A DNA stretch of 63,871 nucleotides, filler included, from Octopus bimaculoides (Eukaryota), in NCBI RefSeq assembly GCF_001194135.2. It is 9 parts of 7 records of this genome, joined end to end, with 100 filler letters (N's around TTAATTAATTAA, not from the genome) between each part and the next. Parts side by side here need not be neighbours in the genome. Positions count along the whole stretch, not along the records: positions 59,529 to 62,300 come from NW_026392199.1; positions 62,401 to 63,871 come from NW_026356935.1; 7 more parts are not named here. One strand, given 5' to 3'. Numbering within the stretch: position 1 is the first letter of the stretch; the number at the start of each line of letters is the position of its first letter. Positions 60,384-63,871 of the stretch are shown in pieces. A program made the position numbers and the translations under genes. The notes under the pieces are model-generated. The model was not told the DNA's origin. It was given only the letters and a program-made list of their open reading frames with translations, and searched no databases.

Positions 60384-61539
60384 NNNNNNNNNNNNNNNNN
60401 NNNNNNNNNNNNNNNNNNNNNNNNNNNNNNNNNNNNNNNNNNNNNNNNNNNNNNNNNNNNNNNNNNNNNNNNNNNNNNNNNNNNNNNNNNNNNNNNNNNN
60501 NNNNNNNNNNNNNNNNNNNNNNNNNNNNNNNNNNNNNNNNNNNNNNNNNNNNNNNNNNNNNNNNNNNNNNNNNNNNNNNNNNNNNNNNNNNNNNNNNNNN
60601 NNNNNNNNNNNNNNNNNNNNNNNNNNNNNNNNNNNNNNNNNNNNNNNNNNNNNNNNNNNNNNNNNNNNNNNNNNNNNNNNNNNNNNNNNNNNNNNNNNNN
60701 NNNNNNNNNNNNNNNNNNNNNNNNNNNNNNNNNNNNNNNNNNNNNNNNNNNNNNNNNNNNNNNNNNNNNNNNNNNNNNNNNNNNNNNNNNNNNNNNNNNN
60801 NNNNNNNNNNNNNNNNNNNNNNNNNNNNNNNNNNNNNNNNNNNNNNNNNNNNNNNNNNNNNNNNNNNNNNNNNNNNNNNNNNNNNNNNNNNNNNNNNNNN
60901 NNNNNNNNNNNNNNNNNNNNNNNNNNNNNNNNNNNNNNNNNNNNNNNNNNNNNNNNNNNNNNNNNNNNNNNNNNNNNNNNNNNNNNNNNNNNNNNNNNNN
61001 NNNNNNNNNNNNNNNNNNNNNNNNNNNNNNNNNNNNNNNNNNNNNNNNNNNNNNNNNNNNNNCAGCAGCCCGGTAGAAATGAACATTATCTTTTAAATCG
61101 GTAAAGAAAATGTTTATGGGCCAATGCTTCTAAACTTATCGTTTCTCTAATCAATTTACGAGTTTACATTCATTTATAATAAATATTAGTTCGCTTGACT
61201 GTCTAAAGTGACAATCACAAGCTAGTATTTTCAGAAATAAAGAAGAGGTAATCAGCTGACAAACACTTTACAAATAGAGTGTGTAAACAGAATAGTAAAA
61301 TTATGCAAGATCTTTGTAAAGTTCTTTGTAGAATATTTACCGTTTTTCTTTTAAATTCAAATTTCAGTGATGGTGTTTTCTGCCTGTGTTGCAAACCAGC
61401 TACTTCTGTATACGACAAATTAAAATAATTAAAAAATTAAAAACTTCATGCAACACGTTCATATATGCATACAGCCACACACATACATACATGCGTACAC
61501 ACATGCACATACAAACTTATGATGATAAAGTATAAGTAC

Positions 61540-61562
61540 TGAAGATGTTGATGATGAGGATG

Positions 61563-61594
<32 letters not shown>

Positions 61595-61810
61595 AAGGAG
61601 GAGGACGACGATGTCGACGAGGAGGAGGACGAGGAGGGGAAGATATTAATGAGGATGATGATTATGATGATGACGATGACAGCGTTCAGACAACGACGAT
61701 AACAATGACAATGACAACGACGACGAGGACGACTGTGATGATGATGATGATGATGATGATGACGACGAAGACAACGACGACGAATTTAATGATAATGATG
61801 ATGAGGATTT
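61540..61810. repeat. Cryptic (GAT/GAC/GAG)n trinucleotide region
   Basis: Direct reading. The register shifts several times. Confidence 0.85.
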
Positions 61811-62101
61811 TCCAAAGATTTACATAAAGGAGGAATGGCACCGTCCATGATATCTTTCAAGAGCTCCATAACTAGCGGGGAACAACCTGGACTTCGCAAA
61901 AATACAGCCAAGGACCAGGTGTTAGAGTAACAATGGCTCACTTAGAAAATCTACCACCTTAGCTAGAGGTACCCATCTTTTCTGTGGTCATCTTCTACAA
62001 GGTATCCAACAAGAAAATTTCACCCACAAGGCTAAAGCCGACTAGAGGCTGTGGTAGAAGACACTTACCCAAGGTGCAGAACAGAAGGAGCGAAACTGGA
62101 T

Positions 62102-62172
62102 CTACGTAGTTGCTACGTAGTTGCTACGTAGTTGCTACGTAGTTGCTACGTAGTTGCTACGTAGTTGCTACG
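62102..62172. repeat. 11-bp tandem repeat (CTACGTAGTTG)x6 at an S3/S2 SINE junction
   Basis: Six exact units plus a partial unit merging into (TTG)n. Confidence 0.9.
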
Positions 62173-62300
62173 TTGTTGTTGGCACTCCGTCGCTTACGAA
62201 GTCGAGGGTTCCAGTTGATCCGATCAACGGAACAGCCTGTTCGTGAATTCAACATGCAAGTGGCTGAGCACTCCACAGACACTTGTACCCTTAATGTAGT
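62168..62300 (-). mobile_element. S3 SINE, 3' part (5' in gap)
   Basis: Matches 49134-49260. Confidence 0.85.
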
Positions 62301-62400
62301 NNNNNNNNNNNNNNNNNNNNNNNNNNNNNNNNNNNNNNNNNNNNTTAATTAATTAANNNNNNNNNNNNNNNNNNNNNNNNNNNNNNNNNNNNNNNNNNNN

Positions 62401-62441
<41 letters not shown>

Positions 62442-62525
62442 TGTATACATGCATATATATACGTAGATATATGTTTTAATACATACATACATACATACAA
62501 ATGTATACATATACATATATAAACG

Positions 62526-62563
<38 letters not shown>

Positions 62564-62653
62564 TAAATATATATGCATATATATATAAACGTAGATATGT
62601 ATATGTATGCATACTCGCATATATACATATACATACATATGTATGTATGTATG

Positions 62654-62714
<61 letters not shown>

Positions 62715-63182
62715 ACACACAAACACACACAGAAACTCACACGTATACATATGCAAATTTATATACACATACGTAGGTTCATATACATATGCCAATCAAG
62801 GAGCAGCTTACCGTTGTTTCGTTGCGAGAGGAAGACAGCTGGATAGAGAGAGACTGAGAAAAAGTGTGAGAGAGATAGAAATGACAGAGACAGAGAGAGA
62901 GAGAGAGAGAGTGGGAGAGGGGAAAGTGAGGAACTTTATCAATTTCCCGCCATTTAGTGACAGATAAAAACTCGATGTGACGTGTTGCACTTTATTCGTG
63001 TCACTTAGTGCATCTTCTTAACATCTTCAATTATATTTGTGCCGGAAGTTGTGGCAGACGCTCTTGAAAAAATTAAATATATAATACACACACACACATA
63101 CATACATACACACACGCACATATGTGTATATATACATAAATGTCCATATATCTATGTATATGCACATATGTGTATCTACACG

Positions 63183-63259
<77 letters not shown>

Positions 63260-63549
63260 ATATATGTGTATGCATATATACATATATGCACATAGATATG
63301 TATATATATAAATACACACACACATAGATATGTCTATATATGTATGTGTGTATATATTCTTGTATATGTATACACGTGCGCACTCATGCACATACATACG
63401 CACACACACACACATATATATATATATATACATATATACATATATATATAATGTACGTGTTCGTTACTATGAGAGTGTGTGTATGTTTGTGTGAGGGAGA
63501 GAGACAGAGAGAGACAGAGAGAGCGAGAACGACAAAGAGAAAGAGAGAG

Positions 63550-63606
<57 letters not shown>

Positions 63607-63823
63607 TGAAAGTGAATGTGTGTGAAATGATTAATTGATCCAAAGGTGTTGAGAAATTGGGAGAATAAGAGGCAGAAAAATGGAGGCGTAGATAGATGCT
63701 GGTGCGGTGGGGTGTTTGACCTAGTCGATATTATATGTGTTTTATAGATATCACTGCCCTACATTCTCAAAGATTCCTTGAGTTCGATCATCTCTGGGGT
63801 TTCTACATTTTCCTTTATGTTGT

Positions 63824-63871
63824 TGTTGTTGTTGTTGGCACTCCGTCGTTTACGACGTCGAGAGTTCCAGT
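63824..63871 (-). mobile_element. S3 SINE 3' end (runs off window)
   Basis: (TTG)n ggcactccgtcg..gttccagt. Confidence 0.8.

Noticed and set aside
61540-61810. Acidic poly-Asp/Glu coding exon
   Set aside because: The repeat register shifts between frames, stops occur, and no convincing splice sites were found.

Overview
AT-rich animal genomic DNA from a fragmented draft assembly, with many N gaps, eight of them carrying a TTAATTAATTAA spacer. The repeat families, microsatellite density and gap style suggest an octopus; this is inference. There are no prokaryotic features and no CRISPR array. Nearly all ORFs in the supplied track are microsatellite, N-run or transposon artefacts. Manual reading found one probable minus-strand gene missed by the track. 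It has up to 19 short exons between 59837 and 17746 that splice into one open frame of about 422 aa, and I do not recognise the family. The core exons at 45.2-31.0 kb are best supported; the ends are tentative. The introns are filled with mobile DNA: three tRNA-derived SINE families, R4/Dong-like RLE LINEs, RTE and CR1/L2-like LINEs, Penelope-like elements, mariner/maT relics, MITEs and Helitron-type ends. Most notable: (1) an RLE LINE family bounded by (TACA)n rather than the (TAA)n typical of Dong; (2) a 6.7 kb head-to-tail stack of Dong-like LINEs in (TAA)n tracts, with a ~0.5 kb noncoding passenger element; (3) a near-complete type I hammerhead ribozyme next to a Penelope-like element; (4) an exon whose 3' splice site is supplied by a SINE; (5) microexons and a possible dual-frame exon in the unidentified gene.
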